A DNA stretch of 64,000 bases from Clostridiales bacterium (GCA_016282315.1 JAEEKG010000108.1:5535-69534), one strand, 5' to 3'; positions 53,030-63,096 are shown, numbered from the stretch's first letter. The notes: generated by a model not told the origin, from the sequence alone. Numbers and translations: made by a program.

Positions 53030-55504
53030 TTATTTCTTCTTTTTGATTACGATTACTACAACGACAGCAACTGCCGCTACAGCAACTACTGCTATAACAA
53101 TCCAGATCCAAGCTGAAGATTGTTTATTGCCTTCACTAGGCTTATTTGTTTCGGTTGTAGCTGCTTCAGTTTGTTTTTCTGTTTCAGTCTGCTTTTGTGT
53201 TTCTGTTGTATCGACAGTTCCCGAGACAAACTTTGCATAAATTGTAGTTGTACCGCTCTTGTCAGCCGGAACTGTGAAATCAAACTTTTCAGTAAAACCG
53301 GAATCCTTATACCAGCCTTCAAATGTATATCCTTCTTTTTCAACAGGAATTGGCTCATAGAATGTATTGCCCACTGCAACAGGATATATCTCGTTTTTAA
53401 CTTCGGCTCCGACAACTTTCAATTTGCACGCTTCTTCAGTTTTGATCCATCTGGCATAAAGTGTAATTTCTTCATATTCGCTTGAAGTATAATTCATGTC
53501 ATATGGCTCAATGAATTTGTTGTCCCAGAACCATCCGCCAAATTCGTGTCCGGCGTAAGTCATCGGGAATGAGTAGTGCAATGTGTCACCTAAATCTATT
53601 TTTGCTTCTGATGGTCTAGAGGAACCATTGTTCTTATACAGCTTGTATAGAGCATATGTCTTAACCGCTGGCTTTTTATCTGTGTATACTGAAGCTACTT
53701 GGCTTACACCCAGACCGACTTTTGTCTTAATATATGACTGAACGTAATATTTTGAATCTTCTTTTAAGCCATCCATTTTGACTGTCATTTCGTTGTCAAC
53801 CATATCTGCTTTAACAACTGTCGGATTGCTCATATCTTCACTTGTTGAGAAATAGAATCCGGATTCTTCAATATCCTGACGATTTGTTGTAACAACTTTT
53901 CCGACCAGTGTGATTGAGTCATAAGTAGTTGCGCTTGAAGCTACTGTTGATAAAGGCAAAAGCTTTTTGTCAAACTCAGTTGTTATCTTTATCTTCATGC
54001 TGTCAGAAGGCACACTTACAACTTCTATATGCAAATTGAACACGCCGTCATGATCATAATTGAGCGGATAAGAGTTCAGAGAAGTCGAGCCTGTCATGAA
54101 GCTGTGATAATAATATGAATCGAATACGCTTGTGCTCTCGTCTTCGCTGAGATAGTAATATGGGTCACTTGGCGACTGTGAAGTTATAAGGGTACCAATA
54201 GAGTTCCATGCGTCAAGTCTGAACAATGGCACAATGCCCGAATCATGTCTGTCCCTGTCACCGCTTGAAATATATGATGAGCTGGCCATGCCGCTCTTGA
54301 AATATTTATTGTTGATTGAGTCATCTATATGCCAAACAAGAATACCGCCGTTTGTCTGAGTTGGCAGCTTTTGGTCATATCCTTCTCTTAGTCTTATTTC
54401 TACGTAGAAGTATTCGTTTGGATCAGGAGTATTAACCCTTACAACCTGGTATCCGCCTGAAAGTGTAGAATTCAGTGTAACTTCAAGGTCTTTAACTTCT
54501 GTTTTGCCATCACCGTTTACAGTGACTTCATCTGCCCATCCTAGATAAACTCTGTGGTATGGGTCTTCATAACAAGGATAGTTGCCGCTTCCGTTGTTGT
54601 TTCCCATGCATTGAAGTGAGAAATATCCGGCTCTAGGCCAACCTGAGACTGTGCTTCCGCCGCCTCCGTTGTTTCTGTCATACAAGTCTTCTGCGCCGAA
54701 GTTGTGAGCGATTTCGTGAGTCAGAACACCCAAAGTTATATATGTTCCCATTTTAGCATATTCGCCAACGTTAGAAACGTTTCCGTGGCCGCTTGATGTG
54801 AGCATTACATCATCGCAGAAAGTCTGGAAGCTCTGGGATGTGCTGTGAACTGCAAAATATGCTCTGGGCGAGCCTGTGTTGTAGTAACTATTTGTATATG
54901 CATGGTCAACGCCAGCGTTGAATATGACTATAATAATCTCATCTGTTGACAGCATTCCGTCGCCGTTTGCGTCATACTGAGCAAAATTAACAAACTCATC
55001 AGCCGCTTTAACAATTTTAGTGATTGTACCGGTAGCGTCATTTGAAGCAGTCGGGTGCTTTATTGGTACGGTAACAGCGCAAATTCCGTCTGTTGTTCCC
55101 CAGCTCGGGTCAACTTTTTCAAAAGCGCATGGAATGAAATTGATTATTCCGCCTGTGAGTTCGAGATAATAATCCCTGACTGAATGTCCCTCTTTAAAGA
55201 ACATATCATAGTGATCGCTCGGCTTTGTTATGGCCCATTGCTCACCGTAATATTTCTGTTTTGTGTCTTTATACAGTTTGTCTGTTTCGTTGGGATCGTA
55301 GTCATCTACCCCATCTCCATCAGCATCAAAACTTGCTACGATTCCCAAAATAGGGATGTTTCTCACTCCGTTATATTTAGGTTTTGTAACATTAAATGAA
55401 TTGTTCTGGTCTTCCACTTTTTCAACTGCGTAAGCAGAAAAAACAGAAGAAATAAGAGAAACAATCATTATGCTTGTCAAAAATATTGCTAAAAATTTCT
55501 TCAT
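53030..55504 (-). CDS. Secreted M6-family (immune inhibitor A-like) zinc metalloprotease with Listeria-Bacteroides repeats and C-terminal TM anchor
   Basis: Signal peptide MKKFLAIFLTSIMIVSLISSVFSAYA. THEIAHNFGAEDLYD (HExxH...DLYD). Two GW(F/Y)...LYA(R/K)(W/F) repeats. Thr/Glu/Lys/Gln linker, then WIWIVIAVVAVAAVAVVVVIVIKKKK. ATG at 55504 after GGAG. Confidence 0.75.
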   Translation of the reverse strand: MKKFLAIFLTSIMIVSLISSVFSAYAVEKVEDQNNSFNVTKPKYNGVRNIPILGIVASFDADGDGVDDYDPNETDKLYKDTKQKYYGEQWAITKPSDHYDMFFKEGHSVRDYYLELTGGIINFIPCAFEKVDPSWGTTDGICAVTVPIKHPTASNDATGTITKIVKAADEFVNFAQYDANGDGMLSTDEIIIVIFNAGVDHAYTNSYYNTGSPRAYFAVHSTSQSFQTFCDDVMLTSSGHGNVSNVGEYAKMGTYITLGVLTHEIAHNFGAEDLYDRNNGGGGSTVSGWPRAGYFSLQCMGNNNGSGNYPCYEDPYHRVYLGWADEVTVNGDGKTEVKDLEVTLNSTLSGGYQVVRVNTPDPNEYFYVEIRLREGYDQKLPTQTNGGILVWHIDDSINNKYFKSGMASSSYISSGDRDRHDSGIVPLFRLDAWNSIGTLITSQSPSDPYYYLSEDESTSVFDSYYYHSFMTGSTSLNSYPLNYDHDGVFNLHIEVVSVPSDSMKIKITTEFDKKLLPLSTVASSATTYDSITLVGKVVTTNRQDIEESGFYFSTSEDMSNPTVVKADMVDNEMTVKMDGLKEDSKYYVQSYIKTKVGLGVSQVASVYTDKKPAVKTYALYKLYKNNGSSRPSEAKIDLGDTLHYSFPMTYAGHEFGGWFWDNKFIEPYDMNYTSSEYEEITLYARWIKTEEACKLKVVGAEVKNEIYPVAVGNTFYEPIPVEKEGYTFEGWYKDSGFTEKFDFTVPADKSGTTTIYAKFVSGTVDTTETQKQTETEKQTEAATTETNKPSEGNKQSSAWIWIVIAVVAVAAVAVVVVIVIKKKK

Positions 55505-55665
55505 AAAAACTCCTCTAAAAAGTTTGTTATTTGCCGATAAAATTGTATCATTGACAAGAATAAGATTCAACACAAAATTATTTAATATATTCAACGCAAT
55601 ACAAAATGTAGAACATTAATAAAATATTTGCTATAATTAATAAAAGCATTTTCGGAGGCGCAAAC

Positions 55666-56418
55666 ATGAATCTGGATAAAGTAATTGCAACTAGAAAAAA
55701 CAAAAAGGTATATTTAGACGGCGACAATTGCATTAAATTGTTCGACAAGGACTTCTCTGTTGCAGAAATATTAAATGAAGCCCTCAACCAGGCGCGTGTC
55801 CAGGAGACGGGCATCAATATACCGAATATTCGCGCCGTCACTCAGATTGACGGTAAGTGGGCTATTATCTCAGATTACATAGAGGGTACGCCTCTGGACA
55901 AATTGTTTGATGAGCACCCCGAAAAAGAAGACGAATATCTAGAAAAATTTGTGGATCTTCAAATGGAAATCCACACCAAAAGATGTCCGTTGTTAACTAA
56001 ACTCGTAGATAAGATGAACAGAAAAATACGCGAAACAGATCTTGAAGCCACTTTAAGATTTGACCTTCACGCAAGAATAGAAAGCATGCCAAGACACAAG
56101 AAATTGTGCCACGGAGACTACAACCCATCAAACGTAATTGTGAAAAGTGATGGAACAATGTACGTACTCGACTGGTCACATGCTACTCAGGGAAATGCGT
56201 CAGCTGACGTTGCAAGAACATACTTATTGTTCAAACTGAAAAAGCAGGATGAAAGAGCCGAAAAATATCTTGATCTATTCTGCAAAAAGTCGAATACAGA
56301 TAAGTCATATGTCCAGAGCTGGATGCCTATAGTTGCAGCGAGCCAGTCCGTTAAACACCACGAAGATGAGCGAGACTTTCTTATGTCTTGGGTCAATGTG
56401 GTCCAGTATACAGAGTAA
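55666..56418 (+). CDS. APH/choline-kinase-family small-molecule (or protein) kinase
   Basis: Brenner motif CHGDYNPSNVIV and the metal-binding LDWSHA. GGAGG RBS. Confidence 0.65.
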   Translation: MNLDKVIATRKNKKVYLDGDNCIKLFDKDFSVAEILNEALNQARVQETGINIPNIRAVTQIDGKWAIISDYIEGTPLDKLFDEHPEKEDEYLEKFVDLQMEIHTKRCPLLTKLVDKMNRKIRETDLEATLRFDLHARIESMPRHKKLCHGDYNPSNVIVKSDGTMYVLDWSHATQGNASADVARTYLLFKLKKQDERAEKYLDLFCKKSNTDKSYVQSWMPIVAASQSVKHHEDERDFLMSWVNVVQYTE

Positions 56419-56441
56419 AGCCTTTTTGATGGAGAAATGTT

Positions 56442-57893
56442 ATGCACAAGTTTGATACCAAAATACAGTACTTAAAATACAAGGCCGTAAAGCAAGTTGC
56501 TATTCATGCATGGAAAGATGACCTTCTTGAAAATGTTTTGAATATACCAAAAGAAATAGTGCCGGGAAAAGTTCCCACCATGCGCTGCTGCGTCTACAAA
56601 GAACGTGCAATCCTCTCTGAGAGAGTAAGACTTGCCATGGGCGGAAACAAGAAGAACCCGAATATTATAGAAGTAATAGACATAGCATGCGATGAGTGCC
56701 CGGCTGCCGGATACCAGATAACAGACTCATGCAGAGGATGTCTAGCTCACCACTGCATGGAAGTTTGCCCTAAAGACGCCATATATATAGACAATGACAG
56801 AAGGTGTCGAATAGACAAAACCAAGTGCATTGAGTGCGGAAAATGCGCAAGCGTTTGCCCTTATACTGCCATCATAAGCAGACAAAGACCATGTATGCTT
56901 GCCTGCAAAGTCAAAGCCATTAGCATAACAGACAATGGTGCAGCTCACATAGACAAAGACAAATGCATTGAGTGCGGCGCTTGTATGTATCAATGCCCGT
57001 TTGGCGCTATAAGTGAAAAGTCTTTCATTCTTAATGTCATAGATATGATAAACAAGAGCAACAACGGCACAAAATATCCTGTTTATGCCATAATTGCTCC
57101 GTCTCTCATAACTCAATTTTCATACGTTAAACCGGGCCAGGTATTGACAGCCATAAAGAAATTGGGATTCAACCAGATATTTGAAGTAGCTCAAGGAGCG
57201 GATATAGTAGCGTATAACGAGACAAAAGAATTGTCTGAAAAAGGATTTCTCACAAGTTCCTGCTGCCCTGCTTTTGTAAGCTATATAAGAAAATCTTTCC
57301 CTGAACTCACTCCGTTCATTTCAAGCAATTTGTCTCCTATGGGAGCATTGGCCAAATATATGAAAGAACAGGATCCGGATTGCAGGATTGTATTCATTGG
57401 ACCTTGTACAGCCAAAAAGAGCGAAATTCAGCAAAAACCATTAAAAGGTTTAGTAGACGCTGTAATAACTTTTGAAGAACTGCTTGCACTGTTTGACAGC
57501 AAGGACATTGAGCTAGAAAATCTCGAAGAGACCGAAATAGACAACGCCTCATATTTCGGCAGAATATTTGCTCGAAGCCACGGCTTGACAGATGCAATAG
57601 AACAGGCAATAAAAGAACAGGATTTGCCGCAGGACTTCAAATTCAAACCTGTTGTTTGCGATGGAATTGACCAATGCAAGGTTGCATTGATGAGAAAACT
57701 CAAAAACCTTCTAGACGGCAACTTCATTGAAGGTATGGCGTGCAATGGCGGATGCGTTGGCGGAGCAGGTATATTGACAAGAATGCCCTCGTATGACAAG
57801 CTTAAAACTTGTACAGACAATTACGGAAAACAAGCGACTACAGAAACAATAACAGACTCAATCAATTCTTTACCAAATATAAAAAGGGATTAG
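56442..57893 (+). CDS. [FeFe]-hydrogenase-family protein (short monomeric form, group-B-like) with two ferredoxin-type 4Fe-4S motifs
   Basis: CIECGKCASVCP and CIECGACMYQCP clusters. H-cluster-like motifs TSSCCPAF, IGPCTAKKSE and EGMACNGGCVGGAG. Confidence 0.7.
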   Translation: MHKFDTKIQYLKYKAVKQVAIHAWKDDLLENVLNIPKEIVPGKVPTMRCCVYKERAILSERVRLAMGGNKKNPNIIEVIDIACDECPAAGYQITDSCRGCLAHHCMEVCPKDAIYIDNDRRCRIDKTKCIECGKCASVCPYTAIISRQRPCMLACKVKAISITDNGAAHIDKDKCIECGACMYQCPFGAISEKSFILNVIDMINKSNNGTKYPVYAIIAPSLITQFSYVKPGQVLTAIKKLGFNQIFEVAQGADIVAYNETKELSEKGFLTSSCCPAFVSYIRKSFPELTPFISSNLSPMGALAKYMKEQDPDCRIVFIGPCTAKKSEIQQKPLKGLVDAVITFEELLALFDSKDIELENLEETEIDNASYFGRIFARSHGLTDAIEQAIKEQDLPQDFKFKPVVCDGIDQCKVALMRKLKNLLDGNFIEGMACNGGCVGGAGILTRMPSYDKLKTCTDNYGKQATTETITDSINSLPNIKRD

Positions 57894-57897
57894 AAAA

Positions 57898-59100
57898 ATG
57901 AGCATATATGCAGATAATGCTGCTACAACAAAGATAAGCAAAAACGCACTTGAAACAATGAACAAGTGCGCAGAAAACTGCTTTGGAAATCCATCTTCTC
58001 CACACGCTCATGGCCAAAAAGCTTTCAGTGCCCTCTACAGTGCCAGAAATGTAATAGGAACACTGATTGGTGCTAATGTTGCCCAGGAAGTCGTTTTCAC
58101 TTCAGGTGGAAGCGAATCGGACACACAAGCCATCATGACAGGTGTTGCCTATGGAGAAAAATACGGAAAGAACAAAATAATATCTTCATCTTTTGAGCAC
58201 CCTGCTGTGCTCAATGCTTTAAAGCATGTTAAAACAAAAGGATTTGAAGTAGTTCTTATAGACCCTGACAGAGACGGCATAGTAAAACCTGAAAAACTGG
58301 AACAAGTCATAGATGAAAACACTGCTTTGGTCTCAATAATGACAGCAAATAACGAAATAGGGACAATTCAGCCCATAAAGGAATTGTGTGCAGTTGCTCA
58401 CAAACACAGTGCTTTGTTTCACACAGATGCTGTTCAGGCAATAGGTCACATTCCCTTCAGCGCAAAAGAAATGAATGTGGACTTGATGTCTGCATCCGCT
58501 CACAAATTCCATGGCCCGAGAGGAGTCGGAATTCTATATGTCAAAGCGGGGATTCAGCCGTCTAAGATTATATACGGAGGTCACCAGGAAAACGATTCCA
58601 GACCCGGCACGGAAAACCTCCCTGCCATAGCAGGTATGGCAGCAGCGCTGAAAGATTCAGTACTTAACATGAAACAGAACATGGAATATGTTTCATCTCT
58701 GAGGAAAAAACTGACACAACAGATTCTGACATTGCCAAATGTATTATTGAATGGCGATGAGACAAAAAGAGTCCCGGGAATAATGAATTTTGTGTTTGAA
58801 GGAATAGAGGGAGAAGCGTTGTTATTGATGCTCGATTCTCGCGGTATTTCCGCTTCTTCAGGCTCAGCTTGCACGTCAGGCTCACTTGACCCAAGCCATG
58901 TATTAAAAGCGATAGGCCTACCCGACGGATTGACCCATGGCAATCTCAGATTGTCTTTATCTGAAGAAAATACCGAAGAAGAAATTGATGAAATAGCCAA
59001 AGCCATTATTGAAAGCGTAAACAAACTCAGATCCATGTCAGTCACTTGGAATGAAATCCTGTCAGGCAAAAGAAAGTCTGAAATTGAAAGTGCCAAATAA
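57898..59100 (+). CDS. nifS: Cysteine desulfurase (NifS/IscS class V aminotransferase)
   Basis: PLP-lysine context SASAHKFHGPRGVG and catalytic Cys loop SSGSACTSG. Confidence 0.85.
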   Translation: MSIYADNAATTKISKNALETMNKCAENCFGNPSSPHAHGQKAFSALYSARNVIGTLIGANVAQEVVFTSGGSESDTQAIMTGVAYGEKYGKNKIISSSFEHPAVLNALKHVKTKGFEVVLIDPDRDGIVKPEKLEQVIDENTALVSIMTANNEIGTIQPIKELCAVAHKHSALFHTDAVQAIGHIPFSAKEMNVDLMSASAHKFHGPRGVGILYVKAGIQPSKIIYGGHQENDSRPGTENLPAIAGMAAALKDSVLNMKQNMEYVSSLRKKLTQQILTLPNVLLNGDETKRVPGIMNFVFEGIEGEALLLMLDSRGISASSGSACTSGSLDPSHVLKAIGLPDGLTHGNLRLSLSEENTEEEIDEIAKAIIESVNKLRSMSVTWNEILSGKRKSEIESAK

Positions 59101-59140
59101 AGCACTAATTATCTGATTGTTACAAAAAGGAGAACAAACC

Positions 59141-60343
59141 TTGAAAAAAACAATTGCCGTTATAGTAGTCTTGATTATGCTTATTTGCATGATTCATATA
59201 AATGCAGAAGAAACGGAATTATTAGACATAAACATATCCAAAAACTCTTGTTCAGATTTAAATGAAAACAGTACATATGACCCGGAAAACAGAGTTTTAA
59301 CTCTAGCTCCCGGAACATATGGAGAAATAAACTGCGACAACGATCTGACTGTAAAGACCTTAGGTAAAACTCAGATTTACCAAATAAAGGCCGAAAAGAC
59401 ATTCGGAAGTTCAACTCTAAAAATAGTTGATGCAAGTATTGCAACTAACCCGGATAAACTGGGTTCGAAGATTATTTGTAACGGAGATATAGAAATAACA
59501 AACAGTAGTGTTGAAGTCGATTATTTCATTGTCACTGAAACAGGAAAAATTGATATAGAAAACTCAAGTATTACAATTGCAGGCATTTCAAAAATGCAAG
59601 GGTATATATTTGCTGGCGGAAACATTTACATAAGAAACTCAACTGTACTAGCTGACTATAACATAAACACATATGGTTCATTAACAATAGAAAACTCAAC
59701 GGTTACATTGCCAAGCAAATATTCAAATGGTGGATATATAACCGCTCCTCTCGGCGCATTGATAAAAAAGTCAAACCTAGATATCTTCTATTACATCAAT
59801 TGCGACAACGGAGATTTTAAAGCACTGGATTCCACCATTAAAGTTTCACTTAACAGACCGGACAATAAGAGAAGAAGCAACATAGAGACAGGCAACGGGA
59901 ATATTACAATCGCTTATTGTAATATTGAAGTGGATGCTTATCTGAAATGCAATATAGGAGATATAAGCATTCAGAACAGTACTCTTGATGTAGGTTCACT
60001 TGTTTGCTGGAACGGCAATATTTCTCTTAACAGGGTCAGCGGAAATATAAACGGAGCCAAATCAATAAATTCGGATTCCACAACAGGAATATTCGGAAAA
60101 AAGATACAATTGAGCAATATTGTGCTTCCCGACAGTTATGTTATTGGAAAAGCAAGAATAGGGGAAAATGACTTTGCAACAATTACTTTATCTTCCGGAG
60201 AAATGGCATATGGTTTCAAATTAAAAACCGAATCCACGTCTCCTGTGGTTTGGATATTAATAATTGCAGCAATAGCAATTATCTCAATTGTTTTCATCGT
60301 TGTAATGGTTAAAATTTCAAAAAAGAAAAAAGTCTCAGAATAG
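59141..60343 (+). CDS. Surface protein with reiterated beta-helix-like I(E/R/Q)NS(S/T) repeats, signal peptide and C-terminal TM anchor
   Basis: The TTG at 59141 lies 8 nt after AAGGAG. Repeats include ITNSSVEVD, IENSSITIAG, IRNSTVLAD, IENSTVTLP and IQNSTLDVG. C-terminal VVWILIIAAIAIISIVFIVVMVKISKKKK. Confidence 0.5.
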   Translation: MKKTIAVIVVLIMLICMIHINAEETELLDINISKNSCSDLNENSTYDPENRVLTLAPGTYGEINCDNDLTVKTLGKTQIYQIKAEKTFGSSTLKIVDASIATNPDKLGSKIICNGDIEITNSSVEVDYFIVTETGKIDIENSSITIAGISKMQGYIFAGGNIYIRNSTVLADYNINTYGSLTIENSTVTLPSKYSNGGYITAPLGALIKKSNLDIFYYINCDNGDFKALDSTIKVSLNRPDNKRRSNIETGNGNITIAYCNIEVDAYLKCNIGDISIQNSTLDVGSLVCWNGNISLNRVSGNINGAKSINSDSTTGIFGKKIQLSNIVLPDSYVIGKARIGENDFATITLSSGEMAYGFKLKTESTSPVVWILIIAAIAIISIVFIVVMVKISKKKKVSE

Positions 60344-60369
60344 TTAATACAAACGCAGAAAATAATAAT

Positions 60370-60400
60370 AGCGGAATCGGGTAAAAAACTCGGTTCCGCT
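60370..60400. terminator. Bidirectional terminator hairpin
   Basis: agcggaatcgg / ctcggttccgct imperfect stem, followed by ATTTATTCTTT. Confidence 0.55.
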
Positions 60401-60414
60401 ATTTATTCTTTATG

Positions 60415-63090
60415 TCATTCAGACCTCAATGCAATTACGGGATCTTTTTTAGCTGCAATTCTCGATGGAATAATACCTCCAATAAGCGTCAATACTACAC
60501 TCAAAATTATGAGTCCGATTGCGCCTCCCACTGGCAATATTGCACTGATATCCTTATATCTTGTAACTGCATGAAGAATTGCGTTACCCGGTATAAGCAA
60601 GAGCAAAGATATACCTATTCCGAATGCTCCTGACAGTAAACCTATAATAAACGTTTCGGCATTGAATACTTGAGAGATGTTGGCTTTTGAAGCGCCGATA
60701 CTTCTCAATATACCTATTTCTTTTGTTCTCTCAAGAACAGAAATATATGTGATTATACCAATCATAATTGATGAAACAATGAGCGATACACCGACAAATG
60801 CCATGAGTACATATGAGATTACATTTACTATTGTTGTAATGCTGCTCATGAGAAGACCCACATAATCTGTATAGGTTATTTTGAATTCTTCATCTTTAGA
60901 GTCATTGTATTTTTCAATACAACTTGTAATTCTGTCCTTATTTTCAAATGTGTCAGCATAAATAGCTATGGAACTTGGTTTTTCCAGGTCTATAACACCG
61001 AACAATTCCATGTTGTCTTCGTATGAACCTGTTGAAATGAAAGTGTCATAAACTGAAATGAGTTGCTCGTCTTTTGCTGTCATCATGAGCATGTCCAAGG
61101 CTCCTGCCTTTTCAAGTTCGCTCATTTTTGAAAGAGTCTCAGTCATATCTATGCCAAATTGTGAAGTATATGCCTTCATTATTTTCTCATAAGCTTTAGC
61201 CTTTTCAGAAAGACCCATTAATGAGAAATACAATTTGGTGTCCTGAATTTTGCTCTCGTCATCAGCCGGAGCAAATTTAAGTCCGGTCAGAACGTTTGTT
61301 TCAGGATCGCTTTTTTGAGCTTTTACGACTTCGCTTTCTTCTGTGTGATTAATCATCCAGTCTGTAAGAGCTTTTGTATATGCGACAGTTGATCCGATAC
61401 CGCTGTACATTGCGTCGTCGTTGAGTTTTATTATTCCGCTGACCTTTAGATGCAATGCTTTATCTATTAAATCTTCTGCTTCTTCGTTTTTCTCATACAT
61501 TTCCGAATCATTCTTATAGTAATAATCCGATTCAGTCAACAAATAAAAACTGTGCGCACAGATTTGTTCGTAGTCTAAACTTGTAGACTTAAGATCTACA
61601 CTTTTGCCATTCTGAATCTTATCCATTATTTCCCTGTATTCTGATACGGGAAGCAAACCGAGCTTATACATTGTAGTGGCTGAAATCTCGTTGTTTGAAT
61701 TCACAATAATCACAACTTCGTCATAAGAAGACGGCCAAGAACCATATAATAAAATGTAATTATCTTTTACTGCGTTGGAAACCAATTCTCCATTCTGTCC
61801 CTGAAGCAACTGAGTGAATAATTTTCTTCTCATCATGCTGAATTGGTTTTCCTGCTGTTTTTCGAGCAAGTTCGAACCATCGGTATTAACTAAAAAGTCT
61901 TCATTATCGTATGCGAATACGTCATATTCTGTATCGTAAGAATAAACTATTCCGTTTTCACCGATATATTTCCTTATTTCACTGGATTCATTGTCCAGAT
62001 ACTTCTTGAATTCTTTTAAGTTATTTGAAACATAGCTGCTCATTGTAACACTCTGAACTTTCAAATCACTTACATTTGAATAAACAGAGTTCATGTCATG
62101 AGTTGCTTTCGATTCGCCTGTCATATCCTGAGCAGTCGTTATAATACTTGCTATATCTATTGCATTTGAGTCAATTTGTATAGGATAACTCAGCATTGTG
62201 TTTCTCTGCATGTTGTTTATATACACATCAACACCATTGGAAAGTGACATGATCAGCGCTATTCCTATGATTCCTATTGAACCTGCAAAGGATATAAGAG
62301 CGGTTCTGCCCTTTTTTGTGAAAAGGTTATTGAAACTGAGTGCAAGTGAAGTAAAGAAAGACATGGAAATCTTTTTTGTTTTTTCTACTCTTGCTTCTTC
62401 TTTAATTTCCGGCTCAAACGGGTTTGAGTCATCTACTATCTTGCCGTCACGTATCTTTACTATTCTGTTTGAATACTTGTTTGCTATCTCCTCATTGTGA
62501 GTGACCATTACAACAAGTTTATCTTTTGCCACTTCTTTGAGCAGATCCATAACCTGTTCACTTGTCTTTGAGTCCAAGGCTCCTGTTGGCTCATCAGCCA
62601 GAAGGATATCCGGGTTGTTAACCAATGCTCTTGCTATTGCAACTCTTTGCATCTGGCCTCCAGACATCTGGTTAGGCTTTTTATGTAGCTGATCGCCAAG
62701 TCCAACTTTTTCAAGAGCCTCTTTTGCTCTTTTTCTTCTCTCAGCTCTTTTAACTCCTGAAATTGTCAGAGCCAATTCTACATTAGATAATATTGACTGG
62801 TGAGGAATAAGGTTATATGACTGGAACACAAAACCTATTGTATGGTTTCTGTATGAATCCCAGTCTCTGTCCTTATATTTTTTTGTCGACTTGTTGTTGA
62901 TTATGAGGTCGCCTGAGTCATACCTGTCAAGTCCACCAATAACATTGAGCAATGTTGTCTTGCCTGATCCTGAAGGGCCAAGTATGGCGACAAATTCATT
63001 GTCTCTCAAAGACAAACTTACGCCATCCAATGCTTGCTGGACAAGTTCACCCGTCACATATTTTTTCTTAATATCTTTAAGTACAAGCAT
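60415..63090 (-). CDS. Fused MacB-type ABC transporter (N-terminal ATPase + FtsX permease) with unusually large extracytoplasmic domain
   Basis: GPSGSGKTTLL, MSGGQMQRVAIARAL, LLADEPTGALD. TM1 lies near aa 260-285. About 450 aa of soluble sequence follow, then three C-terminal FtsX-type TM segments. Confidence 0.8.
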   Translation of the reverse strand: MLVLKDIKKKYVTGELVQQALDGVSLSLRDNEFVAILGPSGSGKTTLLNVIGGLDRYDSGDLIINNKSTKKYKDRDWDSYRNHTIGFVFQSYNLIPHQSILSNVELALTISGVKRAERRKRAKEALEKVGLGDQLHKKPNQMSGGQMQRVAIARALVNNPDILLADEPTGALDSKTSEQVMDLLKEVAKDKLVVMVTHNEEIANKYSNRIVKIRDGKIVDDSNPFEPEIKEEARVEKTKKISMSFFTSLALSFNNLFTKKGRTALISFAGSIGIIGIALIMSLSNGVDVYINNMQRNTMLSYPIQIDSNAIDIASIITTAQDMTGESKATHDMNSVYSNVSDLKVQSVTMSSYVSNNLKEFKKYLDNESSEIRKYIGENGIVYSYDTEYDVFAYDNEDFLVNTDGSNLLEKQQENQFSMMRRKLFTQLLQGQNGELVSNAVKDNYILLYGSWPSSYDEVVIIVNSNNEISATTMYKLGLLPVSEYREIMDKIQNGKSVDLKSTSLDYEQICAHSFYLLTESDYYYKNDSEMYEKNEEAEDLIDKALHLKVSGIIKLNDDAMYSGIGSTVAYTKALTDWMINHTEESEVVKAQKSDPETNVLTGLKFAPADDESKIQDTKLYFSLMGLSEKAKAYEKIMKAYTSQFGIDMTETLSKMSELEKAGALDMLMMTAKDEQLISVYDTFISTGSYEDNMELFGVIDLEKPSSIAIYADTFENKDRITSCIEKYNDSKDEEFKITYTDYVGLLMSSITTIVNVISYVLMAFVGVSLIVSSIMIGIITYISVLERTKEIGILRSIGASKANISQVFNAETFIIGLLSGAFGIGISLLLLIPGNAILHAVTRYKDISAILPVGGAIGLIILSVVLTLIGGIIPSRIAAKKDPVIALRSE

Positions 63091-63096
63091 GTTTTT

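Noticed and set aside
52980-53485. Plus-strand ORFs with TTTTATAATATTA-like and Cys/Phe-rich sequences
   Set aside because: They are reverse-frame translations of the TM anchor (AVVAVAAVAVVVV) and Thr/Glu-rich linker of the M6 protease gene. They are not independent genes.
55505-55665. Possible promoters for the divergent protease and kinase genes (for example TTGACA at 55553-58, and a TATAAT within GCTATAATTA)
   Set aside because: Each has a good hexamer on only one side (poor -10 or poor -35 at 17 nt), which is too ambiguous to annotate.
58581-59105. 174-aa minus-strand ORF opposite nifS
   Set aside because: It lies entirely antisense to a CDS with clear PLP-Lys and catalytic Cys motifs. 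Its composition is low-complexity Ser/Phe-rich, typical of shadow frames.
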